A DNA stretch of 31,841 nt from a virus (Duplodnaviria > Heunggongvirae > Uroviricota > Caudoviricetes): positions 1 to 31,841 of IMG/VR virus record IMGVR_UViG_2558860161_000007; one strand, given 5' to 3'. Below the pieces are notes generated by a model that was not told the origin of the DNA, searched no databases, and saw only the letters and a program-made list of their open reading frames with translations. Positions within the stretch are counted from its first letter, which is position 1. Every line of letters begins with the position of its first letter. Below, one piece after another: positions 18,705 to 26,970 of the stretch. The position numbers and the translations under genes are program-made.

Positions 18705-18868
18705 TTGTTCCCCCGTTTCTTCGTAGATAGTTCTGCCAGCAATTCATCTTGTGAACGGCACGGATGCCAGCGTTTACCATCCTCACCCATGATCCAGCCG
18801 TGACCGTAGTGCATTGCCGGGCTTTGTTTAACAAGCAGCGATGCAAATGATGGTTCTTTCGTAAGCAT
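18668..18868 (-). CDS. Hypothetical small protein
   Basis: ORF 18668..18898 (GTG); more likely starts at the ATG (MLTKEPSF) at ~18868, preceded by GAGGTG. Confidence 0.4.
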   Translation of the reverse strand: MLTKEPSFASLLVKQSPAMHYGHGWIMGEDGKRWHPCRSQDELLAELSTKKRGNKWLLKALRRLFH

Positions 18869-18875
18869 AAGCACC

Positions 18876-19385
18876 TCACAGCAAACCGAATGAAGCACCG
18901 AGGCCAGTCACGGTATCAACTGCACTCGCCATCGCAGGGTTAGCCTGTAAACGGGCCTGCAATGAAACAGCAGTCAGCGCCATCAGTCGTGTTACAGAGT
19001 TAATGCTGCTGATAGCATCACGACGACCTGCACTGGTTTTTACATCGCCAGATACCGCACCTGCAGCAACACGCCCGATCTCTGCGGTTGCACTCATGAC
19101 GTAATGTGGCAGTTTCTCTTTTGCCACCTCATTAATTGGTACGCATGGCAGGCAGTGAATCTGTGCCAGAAAGCCATCTACCAGCGTTGAATCTTCAGTC
19201 AGATCGGTAAGCAACCAGATTTCTGGCGCTGTGAGCTGATGCGGTTGATCTGGGTTGAGTTTGTTTCGCAGTGTCTGAACATTCATTCCTGCACGTTCTG
19301 CCAGCTTCGCCATATTGTGGCGTAGTGCAAAAGCTCTACAGGCTTCATCAAAATGCGGATGTTTGGAAATCTTGTAATCAAACAT
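18876..19385 (-). CDS. cII: CII-like lysogeny-establishment regulator (phage 186 CII family)
   Basis: 169-aa protein beginning MFDYKISKHPHFDEACRAFALRHN..., closely resembling 186 CII (also 169 aa); directly downstream of the Apl-like gene. Confidence 0.75.
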   Translation of the reverse strand: MFDYKISKHPHFDEACRAFALRHNMAKLAERAGMNVQTLRNKLNPDQPHQLTAPEIWLLTDLTEDSTLVDGFLAQIHCLPCVPINEVAKEKLPHYVMSATAEIGRVAAGAVSGDVKTSAGRRDAISSINSVTRLMALTAVSLQARLQANPAMASAVDTVTGLGASFGLL

Positions 19386-19417
19386 GCTGCCCCCTTAGAA
19401 AGTTCTCATAATTGAAC

Positions 19418-19666
19418 TTAGCCACCAACGATGACATTAAAATTGAAATTGGATTGGCCCATGTTTTTCCTGACTTGTTCCTTTTTGTACTCAAGGTAAC
19501 GTATACATACTCTGTCTTTCGGTTTTTCCTTTTTTTCCAAGAACTTAGCGAGCTTACCATTATGAATCATTTGATATACCGAACCGCGAGAGCGGCCTTC
19601 CCATTCCGCGAACTCTGCAGGTGTCGCCATCACTTTTGGTACACGAATTGAAATGTCGTTGCTCAT
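19418..19666 (-). CDS. apl: Apl/Cox-like excisionase and transcriptional regulator (HTH)
   Basis: 82-aa basic protein, first gene of the lytic operon, divergent from the repressor gene. Confidence 0.7.
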   Translation of the reverse strand: MSNDISIRVPKVMATPAEFAEWEGRSRGSVYQMIHNGKLAKFLEKKEKPKDRVCIRYLEYKKEQVRKNMGQSNFNFNVIVGG

Positions 19667-19721
19667 AGTGCAGTATCTCTCGATTAAGGTTTGGTTTATG
19701 TCGTTTTATCTTGTTTTATTA

Positions 19722-19773
19722 GATTCAATATTTGATACATCGAGATACTACGATCCAATATTTGATACGTCAA
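19722..19773. promoter_or_regulatory. Two direct repeats (caatatttgatac) in the repressor/lytic divergent promoter region; candidate operator sites
   Basis: ttcaatatttgatacatc and tccaatatttgatacgtc, ~30 bp apart, between the apl and cI starts. Confidence 0.4.
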
Positions 19774-19785
19774 CAGGATTAAGAA

Positions 19786-20418
19786 ATGATACAGGTAAAA
19801 GCTGGCGAGAATACAGGGGGAAGAGAGGCTATCCATAGACTAATGGCAGCCTATGATTTCAAGTCCAGACAGCAACTTTGCGATCACTTAGGCGCATCAA
19901 AAAGCACTATGGCAAACAGATACTTAAGAGATAGCTTTCCCGCAGAGTGGGTGATTCAGTGCGCCTTGGAAACAGGAGTTTCTTTACTGTGGCTAACCAC
20001 CGGACAAGGCGAACCAGGTTCAAACATTGACCCTAAAAAAAATATCAATTCTGTGAACTCCAGCAGGGTTAAACCTCTTTCTGAGCTTGTATCTCCTGAA
20101 ATTGACAAGGCAACTCTCAACGGTGGTTTATTGGTCGATGCTGGAAAAGCAATCATTGATAGCAGCATACTCCCCTCAGACTCAAGCAACCTGCTGCTGG
20201 TGAGTACTTCTGGTGATTCTTATTTAATAGATCGCAACCAAACACCACCAGTAAATGGTACGTGGTTAGTGGACATCGACGGGATAAAAAGCATTGTAAA
20301 ATTGACACGACTCCCGGGAAACAGATTAGTAGTGCATCAGGATGATTCATCGTTTGAGTGCGAACTGGATGACATTGAGGTAATAGGTCGCGCACTGAAA
20401 ATCATTAAGAGCCTTTGA
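19786..20418 (+). CDS. cI: CI-like immunity repressor
   Basis: 210-aa ORF upstream of and co-directional with int, divergent from apl; the N-terminal region looks like an HTH. Confidence 0.75.
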   Translation: MIQVKAGENTGGREAIHRLMAAYDFKSRQQLCDHLGASKSTMANRYLRDSFPAEWVIQCALETGVSLLWLTTGQGEPGSNIDPKKNINSVNSSRVKPLSELVSPEIDKATLNGGLLVDAGKAIIDSSILPSDSSNLLLVSTSGDSYLIDRNQTPPVNGTWLVDIDGIKSIVKLTRLPGNRLVVHQDDSSFECELDDIEVIGRALKIIKSL

Positions 20419-20419
20419 T

Positions 20420-21445
20420 ATGACCATCAGAAAACAGCCGAACGGAAAGTGGTTATGTGAATGCTACCCAAACGGGAGAGATGGCAAACGCGTACGCAAA
20501 CAATTTGCGACGAAAGGCGAAGCCATTGCGTTTGAGAATTTCACCATGGATGAGGTAAACAAGAAACCTTGGCTGGGAGAAAAGGAAGATCGGCGACAAC
20601 TGTCAGAAGTGATTGAGCAATGGTATTCCCTGTACGGTCAGACACTCGCTGACCCTAAGCGATTAATGGCTAAGTTAAAAATCATTTGTAATGGACTTGG
20701 CGATCCCATCGCTTCTGAATTGACAGCAGGTGATTTCACAAAGTACCGGGAAGCCAGATTAAAAGGTGAGGTCAAAAACGAAGATGGCGTGCTCATGTCA
20801 CCGGTTAAGCCCAGAACGGTGAACCTTGAACAGCGTAACCTATCCTCAGTTTTTGGCACACTGAAAAAGCTGGGACATTGGTCTGCACCCAACCCCCTCG
20901 CCGGTCTGCCAACTTTCAAAATTGCAGAAGGTGAACTGGCGTTCCTTGCTGCTGATGAAATCAAACGCCTGCTTGACGCATGTGCTGAATCTCAAAGTCC
21001 CAGTCTGCTAATGATTGCCAAGATTTGCCTGGCTACCGGGGCAAGATGGAGCGAAGCCGAAAACCTGCAAGGTAACCAGATATCAAAGTATCGAATTACC
21101 TATACCAAAACAAAAGGAAAGAAAAACCGAACTGTTCCTATTTCTCAGGAACTGTATGAAGAATTACCCAAAAACAGAGGAAAGTTATTCACACCATGCC
21201 GAAAGGCTTTTGAGCGTGCGGTAAAACGAGCTGGAATTGAACTACCTGAAGGTCAATGTACCCACGTTCTGCGCCACACTTTCGCCAGTCACTTTATGAT
21301 GAACGGCGGAAACATTTTGGTATTGAGGGATATTTTAGGACACGCTGATATTAAAATGACCATGATTTATGCCCATTTTGCACCGGATCATCTGGAAGAT
21401 GCCGTTACCAAAAATCCACTTCATAACCTCAACTGGCATCGCTAA
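20420..21445 (+). CDS. int: Tyrosine integrase (P2/186 family)
   Basis: 341-aa ORF; C-terminal catalytic region HVLRHTFASHF...LGHADIKMTMIYAH with the conserved R, H-x-x-R and Y; adjacent to the att core. Confidence 0.9.
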   Translation: MTIRKQPNGKWLCECYPNGRDGKRVRKQFATKGEAIAFENFTMDEVNKKPWLGEKEDRRQLSEVIEQWYSLYGQTLADPKRLMAKLKIICNGLGDPIASELTAGDFTKYREARLKGEVKNEDGVLMSPVKPRTVNLEQRNLSSVFGTLKKLGHWSAPNPLAGLPTFKIAEGELAFLAADEIKRLLDACAESQSPSLLMIAKICLATGARWSEAENLQGNQISKYRITYTKTKGKKNRTVPISQELYEELPKNRGKLFTPCRKAFERAVKRAGIELPEGQCTHVLRHTFASHFMMNGGNILVLRDILGHADIKMTMIYAHFAPDHLEDAVTKNPLHNLNWHR

Positions 21446-21562
21446 TAAATGGCGGCATTTTGGCGGCAGAACACTAAAAACAAGTAAAACAAGCAAATAC
21501 AGACTAACACTAACACAATGATTTAAAATAAAAAAATATGATTTTGTTAGTATAAAAATGGT

Positions 21563-21607
21563 ATGTAGGAATTTCGGACGCGGGTTCAACTCCCGCCAGC
21601 TCCACCA
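21563..21607 (+). other. ssrA: Attachment-site core identical in character to the 3' end of tmRNA (ssrA), ending ...GGTTCAACTCCCGCCAGCTCCACCA
   Basis: The ~45-nt atgtaggaatttcggacgcgggttcaactcccgccagctccacca matches my recollection of the enterobacterial tmRNA 3' terminus; upstream is AT-rich phage DNA and the int stop, so only a 3' fragment is present. Confidence 0.65.
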
Positions 21608-21642
21608 AATAATGATCCGGATGTGTCCGGTGAAGTACAGAA

Positions 21643-21677
21643 AGCCCGCATGGCACAAGCCCTGCGGGCTTTTTTGT
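21643..21677 (+). terminator. Rho-independent terminator (likely the native ssrA terminator)
   Basis: Perfect stem agcccgca / tgcgggct with a 12-nt loop, followed by TTTTTTG. Confidence 0.6.
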
Positions 21678-21720
21678 GTCTGTCGTTGTCCGAGGGCATC
21701 CGGCTAAATCCAGTGTTTAT

Positions 21721-21770
21721 TGGTATACGTTTTGGTATACGGTAGGATGTATACCTAAAAGCGTATACCA
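21721..21770. promoter_or_regulatory. Cluster of four GTATAC palindromes upstream of the satellite integrase; candidate regulator or arm-type binding sites
   Basis: tggtatacg, tggtatacgg, atgtatacct and gcgtatacca within 50 bp, read directly. Confidence 0.3.
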
Positions 21771-21791
21771 ATTCATGAAGGAGCGGCCACA

Positions 21792-22991
21792 GTGGCACGG
21801 ACAACTCGCCCCCTAACCAACACCGAAGTTCTGCGCGCGAAAGCGTTAGAGAAGGATCTAACGCTGCATGATGGTGATGGGCTTTTCCTGATAGTGAAAA
21901 CTAGCGGCAAGAAACTCTGGCGCTTTCGCTATCAACGCCCAGCAACAAAACAACGGACTATGATGGGACTTGGTGCTTTTCCTGCCCTTTCTCTTGCTGA
22001 TGCCCGAGGGTTAAGAGCAGATTACCTTGCCCTATTAGCCAACGGAATCGACCCGCAAATTCAAGCTGAAGTTGCAGAGGAACAGCAGCAAATCGCTCTG
22101 GACAGTATTTTTTCGACGGTCGCCGCTAACTGGTTCCAGCTCAAAAGCAAAAGCGTTACCCCTGATTACGCTAAAGATATATGGCGTTCACTGGAAAAAG
22201 ACGTATTTCCAGCTATCGGTGAGACCCCTGTCCAGCAAATCAAAGCCCGAACACTGGTTGAAGCCCTTGAACCGATCAAAGCACGTGGGGCGCTGGAGAC
22301 AGTTCGTAGACTGGTACAGCGTATCAACGAAATAATGATTTATGCGGTTAACACTGGCTTGATTGATGCCAACCCCGCATCAGGTATTGGTATGGCTTTT
22401 GAGAAACCCAAAAAGCAAAACATGCCGACGTTGCGACCAGAAGAATTGCCTAAGCTGATGCGTTCGCTAGTCATGTCAAATCTATCTGTTCCGACTCGCT
22501 GTCTTATTGAGTGGCAACTCCTGACGCTCGTGCGCCCTTCTGAGGCTTCAGGTGCTCGATGGGCTGAGATCGATCTCAATGCCAAACTCTGGACAATTCC
22601 AGCCGAACGAATGAAAGCTAAACGTGAACATATAGTACCTCTATCTACACAGGCGTTAGAGATTCTAGAAGTGATGAAGCCAATCAGTGCTCATCGCGAA
22701 CATGTTTTTCCGAGCAGGAACGACCCCAAAAAATCAATGAACAGCCAAACGGCAAACGCTGCCTTAAAACGCATAGGCTATGGAGGTAAGCTTGTTGCTC
22801 ATGGTCTACGTTCTATAGCGAGTACAGCTCTTAATGAAAATGGTTTTAATCCAGATGTAATTGAAGCAGCATTAGCACATTCGGATAAGAATGAAGTAAG
22901 ACGTGCATATAATCGTTCTACCTATTTAGAACAACGTCATGAGTTAATGAATTGGTGGGGTTGTAAAGTTTGCCCTACCAATTCATTATAA
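21792..22991 (+). CDS. int: Tyrosine integrase (P4/CP4-57 family) of the satellite element
   Basis: 399-aa ORF (GTG start); N-terminal arm-binding-type region (GDGLFLIV...KLWRFRY) and C-terminal catalytic region (AHGLRS...ALAHSDKNEVRRAYNRSTY). Confidence 0.9.
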   Translation: MARTTRPLTNTEVLRAKALEKDLTLHDGDGLFLIVKTSGKKLWRFRYQRPATKQRTMMGLGAFPALSLADARGLRADYLALLANGIDPQIQAEVAEEQQQIALDSIFSTVAANWFQLKSKSVTPDYAKDIWRSLEKDVFPAIGETPVQQIKARTLVEALEPIKARGALETVRRLVQRINEIMIYAVNTGLIDANPASGIGMAFEKPKKQNMPTLRPEELPKLMRSLVMSNLSVPTRCLIEWQLLTLVRPSEASGARWAEIDLNAKLWTIPAERMKAKREHIVPLSTQALEILEVMKPISAHREHVFPSRNDPKKSMNSQTANAALKRIGYGGKLVAHGLRSIASTALNENGFNPDVIEAALAHSDKNEVRRAYNRSTYLEQRHELMNWWGCKVCPTNSL

Positions 22992-23002
22992 GATAAAACA
23001 GA

Positions 23003-24421
23003 TCATACTTTACCGGGGTATGTTTTAAACATACTCCTTAATACGTCAAATGTCTGTTCACCTATGATTGAAAATTCTTTAATCATTTCCATTAAGTTAT
23101 TTCGGCTAATCAAGAAAATATACAAACCTTGATCTTTCGATATTTCTTTCACTCTATCAAGATACTTTTCCTCGGCAGAATTTTCGCAGAATATTAAACC
23201 TATCTTAGAATTACATTCTTCGACTTTTCTAAGTGTAGTATAAATATGTTCCTCGTTCAATTTATGCTGAGGATCAATGACATTTACAACTATCAACTCT
23301 GAAATAATGTTGTACACTGAAAAATCGAAAAAGAAACCTTTCTTAGCCTCATTAATTAATGAAAAGAGGCAGCACTGTTCATCCTCACTTATTAATTTGG
23401 GGTAAAACAAGCTAGGATAGAAGATTGAAATCAATATTTTCTTGTATGCTTTAGTGTAATTACTAAAGTCGTTGTTTTTAATTGATAAATCAATATCTTT
23501 CATTAGATCTTTTATGGGGAGAATTACAGGATCTTCATCCTTATCAAAATCACTATGCGCTAGAGGATTCGGAGGATTAATCTCCAGCTCTTTTTTATAT
23601 TCTTTCAAGGTGTTAGGGTATTTTACGAGCTGAGACTCGATAAATCCCTTAGTCTGACCATACTCATCAATGATACTTGTTGTGGTAACAATCCGCTCCC
23701 CTTTAAGCACTTTAACTAATGCCGAGCCAGAGCTTATCAATTCCTTTTTCATTTCCGGAATAATATGCCTCCGATATAAATCCCTATGTGAATAGATTAT
23801 CTCTTCACGTGCAAGTATCTTAGGAATAAGGATAATCTCCTCGCCTTCATAAACAGGGAGATGAAAACGATTTTTATGCCATTTACTACTAACCTTATCC
23901 CACGTTTTGACTTCTGAAACCTCTTTAGTCTCAATGCCGTAAAATATACAAATATCCTTTGTATATTCTATAAAAAAACCTTTGAGAATATTACAAACTG
24001 AATCCGATATTCGGTCAGAACCAATACCTGGGATAGTCAGAGCTGTATCTTCTAGATCAGTTAATATTCCTGATTTTGCAGCCTGACTACTCTTTAGAGA
24101 ATCCAAAATATCTTCAGCAGTTTTTTCACCAAGAGCAGTTCCGGATGATTCTTTTGTTGAATATCCTAAATGAAAGGCATTGGTCTCTCTTAGTGATGAC
24201 AATAAATAAGCAGCTTTTTTAAAATTATTATTCTTTATAGACGCCATTATTTCTGTAAAATAGTCTTGTAACGCGTAAACTAAATCCTGCCCCCATTGGG
24301 ATTTTAAAACCTTTATAGATGTTGGATCTAAAAAAAACCTTAAATCAGTATGCAGAGGAATATCCAAAAAATCTAACGCTACTTGTCTGCCTTCAACTCC
24401 AAAAGCCTCTGAAAACCTCAT
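23003..24421 (-). CDS. Hypothetical AT-rich cargo protein (~472 aa) in the satellite int-cos hotspot
   Basis: ORF 23003..24448; likely start is the ATG at ~24421 with a GGAG Shine-Dalgarno. GC is markedly lower than its neighbours, it is convergent with int, and I recognise no domain by eye. Confidence 0.55.
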   Translation of the reverse strand: MRFSEAFGVEGRQVALDFLDIPLHTDLRFFLDPTSIKVLKSQWGQDLVYALQDYFTEIMASIKNNNFKKAAYLLSSLRETNAFHLGYSTKESSGTALGEKTAEDILDSLKSSQAAKSGILTDLEDTALTIPGIGSDRISDSVCNILKGFFIEYTKDICIFYGIETKEVSEVKTWDKVSSKWHKNRFHLPVYEGEEIILIPKILAREEIIYSHRDLYRRHIIPEMKKELISSGSALVKVLKGERIVTTTSIIDEYGQTKGFIESQLVKYPNTLKEYKKELEINPPNPLAHSDFDKDEDPVILPIKDLMKDIDLSIKNNDFSNYTKAYKKILISIFYPSLFYPKLISEDEQCCLFSLINEAKKGFFFDFSVYNIISELIVVNVIDPQHKLNEEHIYTTLRKVEECNSKIGLIFCENSAEEKYLDRVKEISKDQGLYIFLISRNNLMEMIKEFSIIGEQTFDVLRSMFKTYPGKV

Positions 24422-24566
24422 GTAACACTCCTTTACAATAATCAACATAAAAACAAGAGCATTCTTATTTTTATAGCAAAGGTGGTTTAATCACAAGATC
24501 TTATGAATTGAGCAACAATAATTATCCCTATTTTTTGAAGCTGACGAACATTTCACGTTGCGTACA

Positions 24567-24640
24567 GAGCTTTCCCCGCCTCGCCTGCACGCCTCGTGGG
24601 TCTGTTTTAATGCAGTTGCTTTGCGAGGCTCAGGCTGCCA
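24567..24640. repeat. cos-like repeat copy 1 (P2-type variant)
   Basis: Reverse complement reads GGCGAGGCGGGGAAAGCTC; homologous to copy 2 and to the helper cos-like region. Confidence 0.5.
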
Positions 24641-24877
24641 CAGACTCGAATACGTCAAGGGAATAGCAGCTTTAGAAGCGACGTAATGAACGCCAGAATG
24701 ACTAGTTTCCTCCACCGCCGGGCGGCCTTTTCTTGCACTTCTCCTGACCACCTCAGGGCTCTCCACGCCCTCGAACAGCACCGCACCACCCACCGACACT
24801 CCCGAGAACCCGCGCAGTACAGCGACGCACTCAGGCCGCGAAATTAAATATAATTAAATACTTTACCGCTGGCGCGC

Positions 24878-24960
24878 AATGCTCTCCCCGCCACGCCTGC
24901 CCGCTTCCCGGGGCGCTTTTAATGCAGGTGCATGAAGAGGCTCAGGCCGCGCCAGTGCTG
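24878..24960. repeat. cos-like repeat copy 2 (variant closest to the resident helper)
   Basis: Reverse complement reads GGCGTGGCGGGGAGAGCAT; the flank (ctgcccgctt...ttttaatgcaggtgcatga) aligns with the helper region at 13761..13815. Confidence 0.5.
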
Positions 24961-25061
24961 GTGCGACAGAGTGTGGAAAATTCAGGGTTTTGCATGCAAA
25001 GCCATGCAGCGTAGGCATGCATGGCTATTTTTATTAAAAAGACGGGTATTTTCGGGGCGTT

Positions 25062-25637
25062 TTATGCGGATTTTTTGCGGGTCTGCGCGGCCTGTCGGCG
25101 CATGAAAATCTGACTCTGTTCAGGCGTATATTTTGCCCGGTTGTCGTCTCTCGATGCTCTGTCAGGCCGGAAACCGATGGTTGTCAGAATGTCGCGATCA
25201 TCCTCTGCGTAATCAATATTTCCTCCGCGGGTTACATAAACGGACAGCGCTTCGCGAACACTGGCGGCCGCCCGGTCGAGAGCACGTTCTCTGACAATGT
25301 CAGGTTGTTCGCTGAGATGCATTAATTCCGGTGCCAGTGCGGCGGCCAGCGCGTCGCCGCTTACCTGCATAAAGGCGTGGAGCTGACACCGGATACTGAT
25401 ACGCTGCACGGCCTCATGTGACCGGATGTACTGCCCGGCCGACTGATTTACCGCCCATTTTTTCAGGTCAATATCATCCCGCAGCGCCTGTGCGGCCTCC
25501 GGTTCATAACGGGTGCAGGTCAGCTCCAGCTCCTTCAGCGCCATTTCTGCCCGCGCCAGTGCTGACTTGCTGCTCATCCAGTCCGATTTATTCTTCTGAC
25601 AGGTTTCAAAGGCCTGTTCCAGTAGTGCTCGTGCCAT
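25062..25637 (-). CDS. psu: Psu-like polarity suppression / capsid decoration protein
   Basis: 191-aa ORF; conserved AGQYIRSHEAVQ.ISIR and ILTTIGFRPD segments, as I recall for P4 Psu (190 aa). Confidence 0.8.
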   Translation of the reverse strand: MARALLEQAFETCQKNKSDWMSSKSALARAEMALKELELTCTRYEPEAAQALRDDIDLKKWAVNQSAGQYIRSHEAVQRISIRCQLHAFMQVSGDALAAALAPELMHLSEQPDIVRERALDRAAASVREALSVYVTRGGNIDYAEDDRDILTTIGFRPDRASRDDNRAKYTPEQSQIFMRRQAAQTRKKSA

Positions 25638-25653
25638 TGTCTTTTCTCCTGAA

Positions 25654-25896
25654 TCAGTGGCGCAGCGATGACCGGGCGCAGTCCAGAATTCGGGGCGGTG
25701 TTTCTGGTACTGTTTGTGGTGGTTCGGGCTTTTCTTCTGCCGGTGGCCGTATCACCTCGTCGATAGACTCGGTGGTGCGAAAGGTTGCGGAGCAAAAGAC
25801 ATTCACGCACTGGAGGTAGCTCTGTTTGACGTTATCTGACAGGTAACGGCTGGTACGGACATGGGCAGCCTGTTTGCAGTACGGGCAGCGCATCAT
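25654..25896 (-). CDS. delta: Delta/Ogr-family zinc-finger late transcription activator
   Basis: 80-aa ORF starting MMRCPYC with CPYC...C..C..CSATF, the hallmark of Ogr/Delta. Confidence 0.85.
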   Translation of the reverse strand: MMRCPYCKQAAHVRTSRYLSDNVKQSYLQCVNVFCSATFRTTESIDEVIRPPAEEKPEPPQTVPETPPRILDCARSSLRH

Positions 25897-26696
25897 GGCT
25901 TAACCCCCCGCGTTTTTTTCTTCTGTGCCAGCTCTTTAGCCCGCGCCATTCTGAGAACAGGGCTTTTATAGAGTTTCATATCCACGCCGGTGAGTGCCGG
26001 ACGGTGAAGCCCAATTTTTGAAATTACTGGTTCATGCTCCATGTTGAATGTGTAGTACCTGCTTTGCGCCAGTACATTCTCACCCAGCTCCTGAATGAGA
26101 ACGTTGTGAGGGTGTTCTTCTCCCTTAATCTCGAGCTCACGCAGACGTAACGCAAATGCGCGCACCAGTGAGGGAGGGATGTCTTTCATCACGGTCGCCC
26201 ACTCATTCCGGGAGTAGGCAGAGAACACCGTAAAATGCGTGCCGACGTACTTATCTCCTGATGTACAGGCGGACAGCATGGTACTGGCCTTATCATCGTT
26301 GAGTTCATCAATCAGGGCGGTGAATTCCTCCGCCAGCTCCCGACCGGCCACTCGCTGACTGTGTTCGGCTTTCAGTTCCGGGGTCATCATGCCGCGCAGT
26401 TCGCGAAAACGGGTACGCCAGTTCTGTTCGGCTTCGGCACTTTCATTCAGGGCGTTCTGACGCTCTTTCTCACTGCGGGCAATGGCCGCATCAATATCAT
26501 TCAGCTTCAGCATGTTTTCCGTGTGCGCGGATTTGGCCTTGCTGAACACATCAAGAGCGTTATTTATCGTGGCCTCGGCGTTCTGGTTTGCTTTCTCGTT
26601 AAGGGTATCCAGTGCGCTGTCAATGGCCGTGCGGATGTTCTCATCCTGCGTGCTGCCGATGGTTTTCATTACTGCGGTAAACAAATCTGGTTTCAT
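25893..26696 (-). CDS. sid: Sid-like capsid size determination protein (putative)
   Basis: 267-aa helical/charged protein in the sid position of the psu-delta-sid operon; assigned by synteny and character, not strong sequence recall. Confidence 0.5.
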   Translation of the reverse strand: MKPDLFTAVMKTIGSTQDENIRTAIDSALDTLNEKANQNAEATINNALDVFSKAKSAHTENMLKLNDIDAAIARSEKERQNALNESAEAEQNWRTRFRELRGMMTPELKAEHSQRVAGRELAEEFTALIDELNDDKASTMLSACTSGDKYVGTHFTVFSAYSRNEWATVMKDIPPSLVRAFALRLRELEIKGEEHPHNVLIQELGENVLAQSRYYTFNMEHEPVISKIGLHRPALTGVDMKLYKSPVLRMARAKELAQKKKTRGVKP

Positions 26697-26770
26697 CGTC
26701 GGGTTCTCTCTGTGTTTTCAACCTGACGCCATTCTGCCGTCCCTCAGACAACAACTCGATTCATTGCCGT

Positions 26771-26788
26771 TGTAGCAGACATGGCACA
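26771..26788. promoter_or_regulatory. TGT-N12-ACA dyad upstream of the sid operon (candidate Psid activator site)
   Basis: tgtagcagacatggcaca, ~83 bp upstream of the sid-like start. Confidence 0.4.
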
Positions 26789-26864
26789 AACAGGACTTAA
26801 AAACCCGGCTGGCCAGAGAAAGGTCGCAGGAAACCCCCTCTCTCTGTTTGTTTTTTTACATATA

Positions 26865-26970
26865 ACTATTCACTACTGTTCACTCAGAATAAAAATATAA
26901 GTAAAACAATAAATTAAAGAGTGAACAGTTGAGAGGGAAGTGTTCACCAACTGTTCACTACTGTTCACTG
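26865..26970. promoter_or_regulatory. Cluster of CTGTTCAC repeats (five or more copies, both orientations) in the satellite divergent regulatory region
   Basis: ctattcactactgttcactcag ... gagtgaacagttgag ... tgttcaccaactgttcactactgttcactgg, read directly. Confidence 0.35.

Noticed and set aside
21563-21607. Complete tRNA or tmRNA gene
   Set aside because: Only the 3' ~45 nt is present; the upstream sequence is the integrase 3' end and AT-rich phage DNA, so I report it as an att core and not as an RNA gene.
24491-24799. 102-aa - strand ORF
   Set aside because: Overlaps the cos-like repeat region; no Shine-Dalgarno; more likely non-coding.
24567-24960. Possible CRISPR array
   Set aside because: Only two copies of a long (~80 bp) imperfect repeat with a ~230-bp spacer; the repeats match phage cos-like sequence instead.
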